Positions 19,859 to 30,023 of a stretch of 64,000 bases of DNA are shown piece by piece (the stretch's first letter is position 1; each line of letters starts with the position of its first letter). Source of the stretch: a virus. The notes under the pieces are model-generated. The model worked only from the letters and a program-made list of their open reading frames with translations. It made no database searches and was not told the DNA's origin. The stretch lies in IMG/VR virus record IMGVR_UViG_3300009506_000005, positions 32,001 to 96,000 of that record. The stretch is one strand, 5' to 3'. Made by a program: the position numbers and the translations under genes.

Positions 19859-20230
19859 GTGAGCGGCGTTCACATCGAAGAGGCGCGCCCGGTGCGCTCG
19901 TGGGGATCGCGCATGGTCTACCGCGTCTCGTGGTCTTGCTCTTGGTGCGAGAGGCCGGTTGAGATCGAACTCGACACGGAGATCGGATCGCGCGAAGCCT
20001 ACCGCCGGGCGGAGGCCGTCAAGGATCTCCCGTGCCTCTTCTGTCTCGTTGGCGTTCCCCATCGGACCTACTCGGAGACCGAGGGAGGCGAGACGGTTTG
20101 CACGGAGCACCGCGCCGCGCCGCTCGTGACCGTCGAGGAGTCCTACCTCGAAGCGCTCGAAGAGTACCAGCGGAGCAAGGGAGAGAGCGGCGGCGTGCTC
20201 ACCTTGCGAGACGAAGGGGGGATCGAGTGA
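19859..20230 (+). CDS. Hypothetical Cys-rich protein
   Basis: GTGA overlap start; CSWC and CLFC motifs. Confidence 0.5.
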   Translation: MSGVHIEEARPVRSWGSRMVYRVSWSCSWCERPVEIELDTEIGSREAYRRAEAVKDLPCLFCLVGVPHRTYSETEGGETVCTEHRAAPLVTVEESYLEALEEYQRSKGESGGVLTLRDEGGIE

Positions 20231-21345
20231 GCGCACGCGAGCCGGCCTTTGACGCGGGAGCAACCGCGGCCGATTACGCGCGAGCTGCTCACGCTTTGAT
20301 CCGTGGTCACTTCACGACGCGCGAGGCTTGGGTCGAGATGCTGGACAAGGTGAGCGGCCCGGAGATTTCCGCGGACGTGGACGCCATGCTTCGCGAGTGC
20401 CTCGATCGGTTCGGCTACGTTCCCACGCTGGCGGCCCTCGTTCGCGAGAGCGCGAAGAGGGAGGCGGCGAGGAACCATCCGACCGTCAAGGACTTCGCCC
20501 CCTCGGATCTCAAGGCCCTCTACCCCGCGAAGGTGATCGAGGTGGAAGCCTACGAGATCGGAGCGGCGCAGATCAACGCACCGCGGATCGCCTACGAGAT
20601 CCCGTCCAGCATTGCGGATCGCGTCTCCGGCCCGTTGACGGGATGGGCCGACCCGCTCTACCAGTGTTACGCGCCGGACGTCCAGATCCCGATGGCGGGG
20701 GACGCGGTGTTGATCTCGTTCGTTGAGGGCCTCTCATACGGACGCGCGATCTGGCACCTCGGGCTGCCGGTCTCCGTATCGAGCGCGCTCACGAAGGACA
20801 TGATCGAGCAAGCGATCGAGGACTTCCAACAAGTCCCCCCGCCGGCCGGTGGCGATCGCTACTCCGAGGCCATGCTCCGAAGAGAGGCGAAGCGGTTCTC
20901 CGATCGCGCGCTCAAGGACTACACGGACGATATCGCGAGCATGACGATCGCGGTCAACGGCGTTCCGCATCCAGCTCTCGCCGGCTCCGGCTCGGACGCC
21001 AACTACGCGACGGCGAAGGCGCAGCTCGATCAGTTCGAGAACAATTTCTACGAGTGGGCAATGGGGAGAGAGACCTCCGCTATCGCGAAACAAGTGGACG
21101 CGGAGATCATGGCGCACTATGAGGGCGACGCCTCGCGCGTGACCGCGCAAGAGGTCGCGGACTCGATCTCAAAGGTTCCCGGGGTTGCGGCTGTGGTGAC
21201 GCCGGATGGCGGCGAGGTGAGGGTGAGCAGCTCGAAGGAAGAGGCGAGGACGGAGATCGAGATCATGGCGCGCGCGGTGTGCGAGGACATCGATTCCTCG
21301 GAGGTTGGCCGCGAGTGGGACGCGGCGAAGAAAGGGGGCGCATGA
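20227..21345 (+). CDS. Hypothetical mosaic protein with portal-like and capsid-like segments
   Basis: GTGA overlap start; see findings. Confidence 0.55.
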   Translation: MSAREPAFDAGATAADYARAAHALIRGHFTTREAWVEMLDKVSGPEISADVDAMLRECLDRFGYVPTLAALVRESAKREAARNHPTVKDFAPSDLKALYPAKVIEVEAYEIGAAQINAPRIAYEIPSSIADRVSGPLTGWADPLYQCYAPDVQIPMAGDAVLISFVEGLSYGRAIWHLGLPVSVSSALTKDMIEQAIEDFQQVPPPAGGDRYSEAMLRREAKRFSDRALKDYTDDIASMTIAVNGVPHPALAGSGSDANYATAKAQLDQFENNFYEWAMGRETSAIAKQVDAEIMAHYEGDASRVTAQEVADSISKVPGVAAVVTPDGGEVRVSSSKEEARTEIEIMARAVCEDIDSSEVGREWDAAKKGGA

Positions 21346-21560
21346 TGGCGAAGCTCGACTTCTCGCTACCGATCGAGATCGTCGTCTCCGCGGAGGTTCC
21401 CGAGGACGGGATCTATCTCGCGAGCGGGTTGAAGTTCGAGCCGAACCCGGAGGGGCCGGACACTCCGCCAGCGTTCGAGGTGCGGACCGAGGGCGAGCGC
21501 GTCGAGCTGATCAGCCGTGGCCGCGTGCGCTTCACTGGCGCGGCGAAGGTGAAGCTATGA
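21342..21560 (+). CDS. Hypothetical protein
   Basis: Coupled at both ends. Confidence 0.5.
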   Translation: MMAKLDFSLPIEIVVSAEVPEDGIYLASGLKFEPNPEGPDTPPAFEVRTEGERVELISRGRVRFTGAAKVKL

Positions 21561-22108
21561 AGATGGCGATCCCCGAGCCGGGCCACTTCACGGCCAAGCA
21601 ACGCGAGCGCCGCCTCGACGGTTGCCGCCGGTGCGGGTTGTGTTGTGTCCTCTTCGCGATCTCGAAGTGCTCACGCGCCGACCGGGATCGACTCGGCCCG
21701 GAGTTCTTCGTCGAGCGCGAGGACGGCGGGATCGAGTTGCGGAGCGCGCCGCGTTCGTTCGTCCCGTCCGAGGTAGGCGGGACCGCTTGCGTCTTCTTGG
21801 AGTTCGACGGGGAGCGCGCGCGCTGCGCGGTCAACGAAGAGAAGCCGGGACTCTGCGCGCGTTGGAGTTGCGGCAAGCCGCAAGCCGCGGCGCTGATCGA
21901 TTGGGCGCTCGCGAACCGTCTCGGCCGCCTCTCCGCGGAGGCCGAGCGCACGCACGATCTAACGTGCCGATGGATCGACGCATGGGAAGAAGACCGGCGG
22001 AGCCGGACGCCAGCTCGACACGAGCGAGAGCGCCAGCTATGCGCGGATCTTTGGGAGAGCTATCGCGCGTTGCCGGGACATCCCGAGCACGCGGAAGGGA
22101 GAGCATGA
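21557..22108 (+). CDS. YkgJ-like CxxCxxCC cysteine-cluster protein
   Basis: CRRCGLCC, ACVFL, CAVNEEKPGLC. Confidence 0.78.
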   Translation: MKMAIPEPGHFTAKQRERRLDGCRRCGLCCVLFAISKCSRADRDRLGPEFFVEREDGGIELRSAPRSFVPSEVGGTACVFLEFDGERARCAVNEEKPGLCARWSCGKPQAAALIDWALANRLGRLSAEAERTHDLTCRWIDAWEEDRRSRTPARHERERQLCADLWESYRALPGHPEHAEGRA

Positions 22109-22524
22109 TGGGCGAGTCAAGTTTCTCGGTTGAGATTTTCGACAAGGACGGGAACTACCGGAGGACGCTCCGGGTCGTCATGGCCGGCGCGGTGATCTAC
22201 GTCTTCGCGGACGGGGACAACGATCGCGAGCTGGCGCGCGGAGAGTTGAAGGCCGCCGGGTTCGTGAAGTGGGAGCACCAAAACGGGATCTACAATTCCG
22301 AGGTTCAGACGATCGAAGAGGCGGCCCTCGCGTTCGATCCCGAGGCGGAGCCGGAGGTCACCGAGGAAGAGCCGAAGCCTTCGACGATCCGCGAGACCGG
22401 CTACACGCTCGAAGACATGGCCGCCGCGTGGAGCGCTGGCCGCGCGAACTTCAAGAGCTACGGCGAGGCGACGGGAGACGCGCCGGACTTCCTATCGTGG
22501 ATCAAGGAGCGCAACGACGGATGA
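22105..22524 (+). CDS. Hypothetical protein
   Basis: Coupled ORF. Confidence 0.55.
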   Translation: MMGESSFSVEIFDKDGNYRRTLRVVMAGAVIYVFADGDNDRELARGELKAAGFVKWEHQNGIYNSEVQTIEEAALAFDPEAEPEVTEEEPKPSTIRETGYTLEDMAAAWSAGRANFKSYGEATGDAPDFLSWIKERNDG

Positions 22525-22729
22525 GCCGCGCTCGTGATCACCTCGCCGGTCCCTTCGTTGTGGACCGTGCCGCGCTCGACTTCTTGACGCCGGAGAGCGT
22601 CCGGTCTATTATGGCCGTCCGGGGGAAAAGGCCCCCGCAAGGTGAAGAACAAGAGGAGCCGCGCAAGGCTCCAACGCTGCGAGCTTCGATCGCTGATCAG
22701 CTCGCGGCCAAGGTAAAGAGAGGGGAACC

Positions 22730-23161
22730 ATGAACGAGTCGAGAGTGGAGGACGCGGCGCAAGTGATCCGCGATTTGCGCCGCGAGTTGAGGGAGGCGAG
22801 GAAGGTGATCAAGCTACAGGGCGAGATCACGGATAACCTCCGATCTTCCTCGATTGTGCGCGCGGAGTGTGAACTCTTCCGCGAGCTGCTACGCGCGCTC
22901 GTGGATGAGTGCTCGCCAAAGAGGATACCGGGGGACAAGAAGTTCCACGGGACCAAGGCACCGTCGAAGCACTTGCTCGAACTAGCGCGCAAGCAGATCG
23001 GCCAGCCGCTAGAGAAAGTAGACGCGGGAATCCCGGTCCAGTGTTCCGATTGTGGGCGCGAGGGGTTCGTCCGCTTCCGTCCCGACTTGCTACAGATCCC
23101 ACAACTTGCGGAGGGGCCGTTCGTCACCATCGAAGAGCTGGATCGAGAGGTGACGCCGTGA
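22730..23161 (+). CDS. Hypothetical protein
   Basis: SD; ends in the EVTP junction motif. Confidence 0.55.
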   Translation: MNESRVEDAAQVIRDLRRELREARKVIKLQGEITDNLRSSSIVRAECELFRELLRALVDECSPKRIPGDKKFHGTKAPSKHLLELARKQIGQPLEKVDAGIPVQCSDCGREGFVRFRPDLLQIPQLAEGPFVTIEELDREVTP

Positions 23162-23565
23162 GCGCGCGCGTAGAGATCACCGAGAGACTCGGGGCGCTGC
23201 GCGCGGTGGCGCTCGACGCGACGCCCGGACCGTGGACGATTTCCTCGGACGGGAACGGGAATGTCTCCGGCGTGATGCCGGAGCCGGAGGTTCTACACGA
23301 CGGGGAGATCTTCTTCGCGCACAACCGAGAGCGCGAGAACTTCGAGGCGGACGCGGAGTTCATCGCGGCGCTCGATCCGCCAACGGTGATCGGCTTACTC
23401 GACGCGCTCGACGAAGTGATCGCAGCGCTTCACCCGGAAGAGGGATCGAAGTCAGTGGGTCACGCTTCGTTGATCTCGGTCGGCAAGGCGCGCCACGCTC
23501 TCGCGATTCACGGGATCGCCTTCATGGACGGTCTACCGCCGGATCCGGAAGAGGTGACGCCATGA
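23158..23565 (+). CDS. Ead/Ea22-like protein
   Basis: ATPGPW...ADAEFIAALDPPTVIGLLD. Confidence 0.75.
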   Translation: MSARVEITERLGALRAVALDATPGPWTISSDGNGNVSGVMPEPEVLHDGEIFFAHNRERENFEADAEFIAALDPPTVIGLLDALDEVIAALHPEEGSKSVGHASLISVGKARHALAIHGIAFMDGLPPDPEEVTP

Positions 23566-26021
23566 GCGAGCGAATTCCTATCACCGAGAGGCTCCACGCC
23601 TTGCGCGCCGTCGCCATCGGCGCGAACGCCGGCATAGTGTGGGAAACATTCCTCGCGGACAAGGAAGTCTTCCGCGTCGTGACGGAAGAGATCTCCCACC
23701 ATCCGAGCGTGACTGTCGCGGAGTGCAAATGGGGCAGTTCACCGAAGGAGAATGCGCGGCACATTGCCACGTTCGATCCCCCCACCTGCATCGAACTGCT
23801 CGACCTGATCATATCGTTGCAGCGGCGCATAGAGGATCCGGACACGGAGCTTTGTGACAAGAAGGCGCCTGAGTACGAGGTGGTCACTCTCGATGATCGT
23901 CTTGAATCCGCCATCGGGCATCTCTCGTCGCATCTCGGGGTCATCAACGTAGACCTCGCCGCGCTGATCGATGCGGCAATCGCCGAGCTCGTTCGCCAGC
24001 GTGAGCGCGGTGATGCCCTCGTCCTCACCGTGGAGATCCTGTCCAAGGCCGTCGAGTCCGCGCGATCGGAGTTTGTGAAGAGCGCCTCCGAGGGTGCTGC
24101 GATTCGTAAGCTCATGGACAAGGTCGGCGAGCTGGAGTCCGAACTGGATTCCGCCAAGGATCCCATCCCAATGGACAACGCCGAGCGCGAGATCAGGCGA
24201 GCGCGCGAGCAGCGGGACAGCATCTCCGATCAGTACGCACGCCTCTTGGCCGAGCTCAACCCGGGGCGCGAGGACCCGATCCTGGTTGTGAAGAAGCTCA
24301 AGGAGGCGTCCTCCGGTCCGGGCGAGAAGCAGCTTGAGCACATGAAGGACAAGGCGCGCATTCAGGCGAGTTCCCTCCAGCGCTTCAAGCGGGACGTCAC
24401 TGCCGAGCTCGGGCTTGGGGAGGACGCCAGCGTGCCCGTCATCCTCTCCGCGATCGGCCGACTCGATGGAGATGGTGGTGCCGCGGCAAAGCTCTACTCC
24501 GAGCTGTGCGAGCGCATCAAGCGGTCCCACAAGGAGAACGGCGGCCGCGAGGACGAGGGCTTCTTCTCGTTCGTCGACCGCATCTGTGGCGAACTCACAC
24601 TCACAAACGAGACCCTGGGGCGTGTGCGGCGGGAGAGGGACACAGCCCGGGCGAGGCGAGACGAGCTGCGCTCTCAGCTCATCAACTCCAAGGCCGAGCG
24701 AGGCGCCGAGGCCGAGGCTCTCCGGGTCGCGTTTGAGCAGATGTCCGAGCGCAGCGACCTGGACAACATCTCCGTCTGCGATGAGATCGTGGCCGTCCTG
24801 GAGCGCGTGGACGCCGAGGAGTCCCTGGCCTACATGGAGAGGCTCAAGTCGATGGGAGCGCAGCGGGACAGTGCCATGTCAGCTCTGGAGGAGTTGGAAG
24901 CCACGGTCAGTCTCATCGGGGACATGATCCAGCGGTATCAGGAGCACGGCATCCCCTCGCCGGCGAAGCTCGTCTCGCAGCTGGCCGAGGTCATGGAGAA
25001 CCCCGAGGAGGGCCCGCCTCTGGACCACGACGCGATGAAGCCAGAGAAGATGCTGGCTGCGGACCTCAACGAGGAGATCGCCGTCGCGGACTTCCTGCGC
25101 CGGAAGGTGGACGCCTTCGGCCGCTGGTTCAAGGCGAACTGCGTGATGACAAAGACAGACGAGAACGGCACGCTGGAGCTGGACGGCATCGCCCCGGGTG
25201 CGGAGCCGGCCGAGGAGTTCGAGCGCCTGCTCTCGGACAACGAGTACTTCGGAGAGGAGCCGCGCAGTGGATACTGGAAGTGCAACAACTGCGGCGACAT
25301 CCAGGACAAGGAAGAGGAGGTCAAGTGCTGGGCCTGCGGCAAGGGAGAGATGATCTATCACGAGGGCGTACCAGGCCACACCGAGAATCCCGATGTCCTG
25401 TACGACAAGTGGATCAAGGACATCATGTCCCAGACCGCAGAGCCCACACCCCATGATGTCTTTGCCTACGCCTTGGGCGCGAACGGATGGGTCGCTGTTG
25501 AGGAGGAGGATGGGAAGTGGTTCTGGGTTCTCGATGAGACCGGGTTCCCAGGGTTCAAGGGGCGTGTGCAAGCCTCGGACGCGGATGTCTTGGACGCCCT
25601 GGACAGGGACGACTACGAACACATGGTCAAGCTCCTCGGCGGAGGATGGAGCGAGGAGGCGCGCCAGTCGATTACCAAGAACATCATCGATCCCGCCAGT
25701 GATGTCTGGGAGCAGTTCGAGAAGTGGGCAGATCCCACCCGCGCCGGCGTCCGTCCCCAGCTCATCGGCGAGCCCAAGGAATGGGAGTGCGTGTACTGCT
25801 CAACCATCAACCAAGGGCGCTTCTCTTGCCGAGTGTGCGGCTCAGGCATGGGCTTCGAGGCGGCCGTTGCCACCAAGGCGAACCGCTGCGGTGACTGTGC
25901 CCTCTTCGATGGCGGTGGTCCGGATGACCGCTACGAGGAGTGTGTGGAGGGCCACGCCGAGGACATCACCGCGGACTCGCCGGCCTGCGATGAGTTCGAG
26001 GAGAGGGAGGTGGAGGAGTGA
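23562..26021 (+). CDS. Ead/Ea22-like N-terminus fused to a long coiled coil and Zn-finger modules
   Basis: NARHIATFDPPTCIELLD; WKCNNC..CWAC; WECVYC..CRVC. Confidence 0.7.
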   Translation: MSERIPITERLHALRAVAIGANAGIVWETFLADKEVFRVVTEEISHHPSVTVAECKWGSSPKENARHIATFDPPTCIELLDLIISLQRRIEDPDTELCDKKAPEYEVVTLDDRLESAIGHLSSHLGVINVDLAALIDAAIAELVRQRERGDALVLTVEILSKAVESARSEFVKSASEGAAIRKLMDKVGELESELDSAKDPIPMDNAEREIRRAREQRDSISDQYARLLAELNPGREDPILVVKKLKEASSGPGEKQLEHMKDKARIQASSLQRFKRDVTAELGLGEDASVPVILSAIGRLDGDGGAAAKLYSELCERIKRSHKENGGREDEGFFSFVDRICGELTLTNETLGRVRRERDTARARRDELRSQLINSKAERGAEAEALRVAFEQMSERSDLDNISVCDEIVAVLERVDAEESLAYMERLKSMGAQRDSAMSALEELEATVSLIGDMIQRYQEHGIPSPAKLVSQLAEVMENPEEGPPLDHDAMKPEKMLAADLNEEIAVADFLRRKVDAFGRWFKANCVMTKTDENGTLELDGIAPGAEPAEEFERLLSDNEYFGEEPRSGYWKCNNCGDIQDKEEEVKCWACGKGEMIYHEGVPGHTENPDVLYDKWIKDIMSQTAEPTPHDVFAYALGANGWVAVEEEDGKWFWVLDETGFPGFKGRVQASDADVLDALDRDDYEHMVKLLGGGWSEEARQSITKNIIDPASDVWEQFEKWADPTRAGVRPQLIGEPKEWECVYCSTINQGRFSCRVCGSGMGFEAAVATKANRCGDCALFDGGGPDDRYEECVEGHAEDITADSPACDEFEEREVEE

Positions 26022-27232
26022 CTGATTCCAAATGCGTCACCCATCACCACGCTTGCGATTGCCGAGAGGCAAAGTTCGCGGAGCAGGAGTCCAGGTTGCG
26101 ATCGATTCAGAACGCCATCCGCGCATTCGACCGCATCGGAGAGCCTGCCGGCGAGCAGGTGGCGTCACTTCTTTCCTCCATCCGAGATCTCTCCGGTGCA
26201 AGACCGCCCGGGCCAGTACTGTCTGAGGTGGAGAATCTCCAGGCTCGTTCCCGCACACTGGAGGTAATCGAGACCACGATGCGCATGTCCAGGTCCTGGC
26301 CGGACGGTCTATCGCTATCGGAGGCTATCGCCCAGGGACTGGATGAGCGGGATCGCGCGATCGCAAAACTGGAGAGAGAACGGGAGAGACTGCGCAAGCT
26401 GCTCAGGGACAAGGCCGAGGGAGACCCCACCAACTACGCGGCCAAGGAGGCGGTAGTCCTCGCCGATCCAGACGCCGCCCACGCCGCGGTGATCAACGAC
26501 CTCAGGCGGGAACTGGCCCGGGCCAACGAGGCGAACCGTGAGCTCGTTCAGGCCGCGGTGGACAACGAGACGCTGATCCAGGGGATGAAGGCCGACCTCA
26601 AGCGCCAGGGTGAGTGCATCTCCGAGGTGGTGAAGTGGGGGAGGGGCGTGGATCTCTGGGGCAAGTCCCCGGACGTGCCTGCGGCCGAGGGTCTCAAGGA
26701 CGCTCTTGCCATCGCCCTGACCCTGGACGGTGACCCTGTGGTCATGGCTGCTCTGAGTCCGGCCCGGTCCCTGGTCAATGACATCCTCCTGAGCGAGCGC
26801 AACCACTGGAAGGACCAGGCCGAGGCTCACAAGGACGGCGTGGACATCGAGCTGGATGCGCTCAACGAGCTCGGGCTGCGGACGCGGACCCACCACGTGG
26901 ACGAGAGCGGCGGGTTCGTCTCCATCCTCCTGGACAACGCTGAGGTGGAGATCCGGACGGTGGACGAGAGGGACGCGGACCGGACGCGCTACAACGGGAA
27001 GCGTGAGGTGCTTATCACATGGTGGAACGAAGCGATCGGATCGAACGATGATCCCGAGCAGACCTACTGGTTCGGCGGCGACCCGAGCAACCCGAAGGAT
27101 CACGAGTACAGGAGGGTGCCGCGTGCCGATGGAGACAAGTGCGATCGCTTCGTCTGCATCCACTGCGGGGCCGTGGCCTGGCACCATACCGCGGCGAGGC
27201 CATGTACGCGCCAGATGGAGGCAACACAATAA
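26018..27232 (+). CDS. Hypothetical coiled-coil protein
   Basis: CVTHHHACDCRE N-terminus; GTGA coupling. Confidence 0.6.
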   Translation: MTDSKCVTHHHACDCREAKFAEQESRLRSIQNAIRAFDRIGEPAGEQVASLLSSIRDLSGARPPGPVLSEVENLQARSRTLEVIETTMRMSRSWPDGLSLSEAIAQGLDERDRAIAKLERERERLRKLLRDKAEGDPTNYAAKEAVVLADPDAAHAAVINDLRRELARANEANRELVQAAVDNETLIQGMKADLKRQGECISEVVKWGRGVDLWGKSPDVPAAEGLKDALAIALTLDGDPVVMAALSPARSLVNDILLSERNHWKDQAEAHKDGVDIELDALNELGLRTRTHHVDESGGFVSILLDNAEVEIRTVDERDADRTRYNGKREVLITWWNEAIGSNDDPEQTYWFGGDPSNPKDHEYRRVPRADGDKCDRFVCIHCGAVAWHHTAARPCTRQMEATQ

Positions 27233-27835
27233 TCACGGGTATCATCGTCATCGGAATTCTCTCCGGCGCCATGCTCTTCCTCGTGGCCGAGAGCGAGCTC
27301 AGTATCGGGATGCGCCTCTTTGCCCTTGTCCTCATCGCCTGCTTCGCCTTGGCTGGGTCGTGGCTATCCTGGCGCTTCCTCCGCCCGGGCGCCGCCACCT
27401 ACTCCTCAGCGACCCCCGATACCCCTCCCAGAGTCCCCCCTCCCTCCCAGTGCTGCCCATGCCCTGTCACTGACACTCGCCCGCAGGGCGGGGGTTCCCC
27501 GTGACGCCTTCCCTCATCGCCGCGGTGGTCTTCTGGACCTGCGCCGTCTTCTGTGGCTCGATGGCCCTGGTACGCGGTGGAGAGAAGCTCGCCCCGTTCG
27601 ATCGCGCCCTGATCCCCACGTCCCTCGCCATCCTCAGCGCCGTCCTCTGGTATGTCATCGGGACGAAGGGCATCCCCCTGGAGTAGCACGTACCGAATCA
27701 GATTGACGTCCCTACGCTCCCTCACCTTCCCCTCCAATCCCACTCCAACCAACGAACCTGTCGATATTCCTAGCCTTGTCATCCTGTCACCATGTCTTGC
27801 CATCTTGTCGCAGGTGTCTTGCCACTCTGGCGTCC

Positions 27836-27864
27836 TTGACACGACAGCCCCACATCGCTACCAT
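27836..27864 (+). promoter_or_regulatory. Sigma70-like promoter predicted to give a leaderless transcript
   Basis: TTGACA-17-TACCAT with 7 nt between it and ATG 27872; no SD. Confidence 0.6.
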
Positions 27865-27871
27865 CCTTCCC

Positions 27872-28678
27872 ATGGCAGGCAAGCGCAAACCACTGAAAAC
27901 TCAACGCCGTAAGTGCGGACCCAAACCACCCGGCGAGGAGATCAACTACAAGTACATCGACCGACTCATCGTCCATGGCGAAACCAGAGTAGACCCAACT
28001 ACCAAAGAAAAAATGGTCACTTACCCCACATACAGGGAACTCGCCGCACGATTCGGAGTCTCGCATACCACCATCTCCAACTACGCCAGACGACATAACT
28101 GTATAGAAAGACGCAAGAAAGCCATCCAGCGGGAGCACGAGAAGATTGACCAGACACTCGCTGAACTGAGGTCGGATGCCCGCGCCCTCTCGATCGAGGA
28201 TGAGCTTCGCATGGTTGACAGTGCCCTCCTCGATGCCTGGACCCGGATCAAGGAGGGGGGGCTGAGAGTCGACTCCATCTCTGACCTCAACGTTGCGATA
28301 AGACTCAAGAAGTTCCTCATGGGTGACGTGGAGAGCCGCGTCGCCGTCCAGCATGGGATCGCCATCGAGGACATCCAGAAGCGGCACCAAGCTGCGGTGA
28401 AGCTGGCGAACACGGTCGCGGACGAGGCCGAGCAGGAGCGGGCCCGCCTCCTGGCTGGCGAGGTGGATGACGCCCCCATCGACGTGGAGTTCACCGCAGA
28501 GGACAAGAAGCCCGAGGAGAGCTCGCCGGCCGAGGAGCCCGCAGGACCCCAGGAGAGCCACGAGGATGCGCCTGAGGAGCCGAATGAGGACGATCCCTTG
28601 GCCACCATCATGCGGCTGGAGAACGAGAGCACAGAGCAAGAGAGCGGCCCGAGGCCTCCTCTGGTAGCTGGGGCCTGA
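27872..28678 (+). CDS. Probable terminase small subunit (HTH plus helical oligomerisation region)
   Basis: TYRELAARFGVSHTTISNYA HTH, helical core, DLNVAIRL..FLMG, IDVEF, acidic tail. Confidence 0.55.
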   Translation: MAGKRKPLKTQRRKCGPKPPGEEINYKYIDRLIVHGETRVDPTTKEKMVTYPTYRELAARFGVSHTTISNYARRHNCIERRKKAIQREHEKIDQTLAELRSDARALSIEDELRMVDSALLDAWTRIKEGGLRVDSISDLNVAIRLKKFLMGDVESRVAVQHGIAIEDIQKRHQAAVKLANTVADEAEQERARLLAGEVDDAPIDVEFTAEDKKPEESSPAEEPAGPQESHEDAPEEPNEDDPLATIMRLENESTEQESGPRPPLVAGA

Positions 28679-29340
28679 ATTATATTAGGGCTCCTTAGGC
28701 CCTCACACCATCCGGTCATCGCATCAATCTGCCGAACGCTGAACAAGCTGGTCTCATCAAACCGCCGGCTGAGACCTGACCCGCCTGTGGATCGTTCGGC
28801 TGACCCCCCTCGCCAGCCTGGCCGATTGCCTACTTCACGTAATAGTGGCAATGGTTTCGGGGTGTGCTCGTATGATTCCGCGTAGTTACGAGAGAGCGTG
28901 GCCCCTGGATGCCAGGTACCCGTTGCCACTTTCGCTAGCTGGACCAGGGGCCGACGCCTACCGCAGAGGGCGACGACCCGTAAGATCCTGTAACCATTAA
29001 TAAAACCCAAAATTTCAAAAATACTGTAATTCAGGGTAGGCGCATCCCCCTCCACACACTGGGTGGGATCTGGTTCCTTTCCAGGGAAAGGCTAATGATA
29101 GTGGGTAGTTAGTGGGTTTACAGGGGGAGTGGGCGGTTTCTGGAACCTTTCCACGTTAGTCTAATGAAAACGTGGAGTTATGAGAATTCGCAAGGTTTCC
29201 AGTGGATTGTTGTTGGATGTGGGAGATGGTAGCGGAGAGTATCGATGTAAAGGAATGGGGCCGATGGAGGCTGTATTGTCAATCGAGGATGGTGTGTGAT
29301 GGCGGTTTGTTGCTCACGTATGAGCGGCGAGGGCGGTTGT

Positions 29341-29440
29341 TGTTCATGGATCGGGGTTTGATTTCACGAAAGGGCCTTTCTGTTTCACGGATCGGGGTTT
29401 CGTTTCAGGAATGGGGCTAGAATTTCACGGATCGAGGATT
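29341..29440 (+). repeat. Five degenerate ~20 bp tandem repeats (consensus ~TTTCACGGATCGGGGTTT), iteron-like
   Basis: TTCA cores at 29343, 29363, 29384, 29404, 29424. Confidence 0.75.
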
Positions 29441-30023
29441 CTGAAAATCCGGGATCTTGGGGGTGGTGGGGATTTGAAGCTTGACGGAAAGAAAGTGGTG
29501 TGGATAGTGTCGGGGGTGAGCCGGTCTCCGGCGGGGTGCTTGGTCTTGGAGCTGCGATGCCCCCCCCCACATCCACGCGAGACCATGTGCTGGAGGCCGG
29601 CGTTTTTTCTTGGTCCTGTTCCTCCTTCATTCAGTGGACTAGATCGCGGGATTCTTGGGTGGAGTAGTCCAGGGGCTTCGTGAGGCTGCGGAGAATGGGC
29701 GTGAGGGGGCGTTTGGGAGTGGACTAGTTGATGGGTAGGTAGTGCGTAGGTAGTCCACTGAATGCGATTGTGGGGAGGCTGGGAGGGGAACGGGGGCCCC
29801 GCCCGCGGGGCGGGCTCCTGGGGCTGGGAGCAGAGGGCTTGGTGGCCGGGCCCGGGGGGAGTGGATCCGCTTGGTGGCGGCGCCCGGAGCATGGGAGATC
29901 ATCTGCTTCCGCTGGTCTTCGATCGCGCGCACGCGACTTGACCCCGCCCAGCTGTCGTGCGAGGATGGATCCAGATGCCGGGATTGAGCATCGAGACAAC
30001 CGAAAGGAGAAGGAGATGAAACG

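Noticed and set aside
29341-29440. Possible CRISPR mini-array
   Set aside because: Units are ~20 bp, contiguous and degenerate, with no spacers; no cas genes in the window
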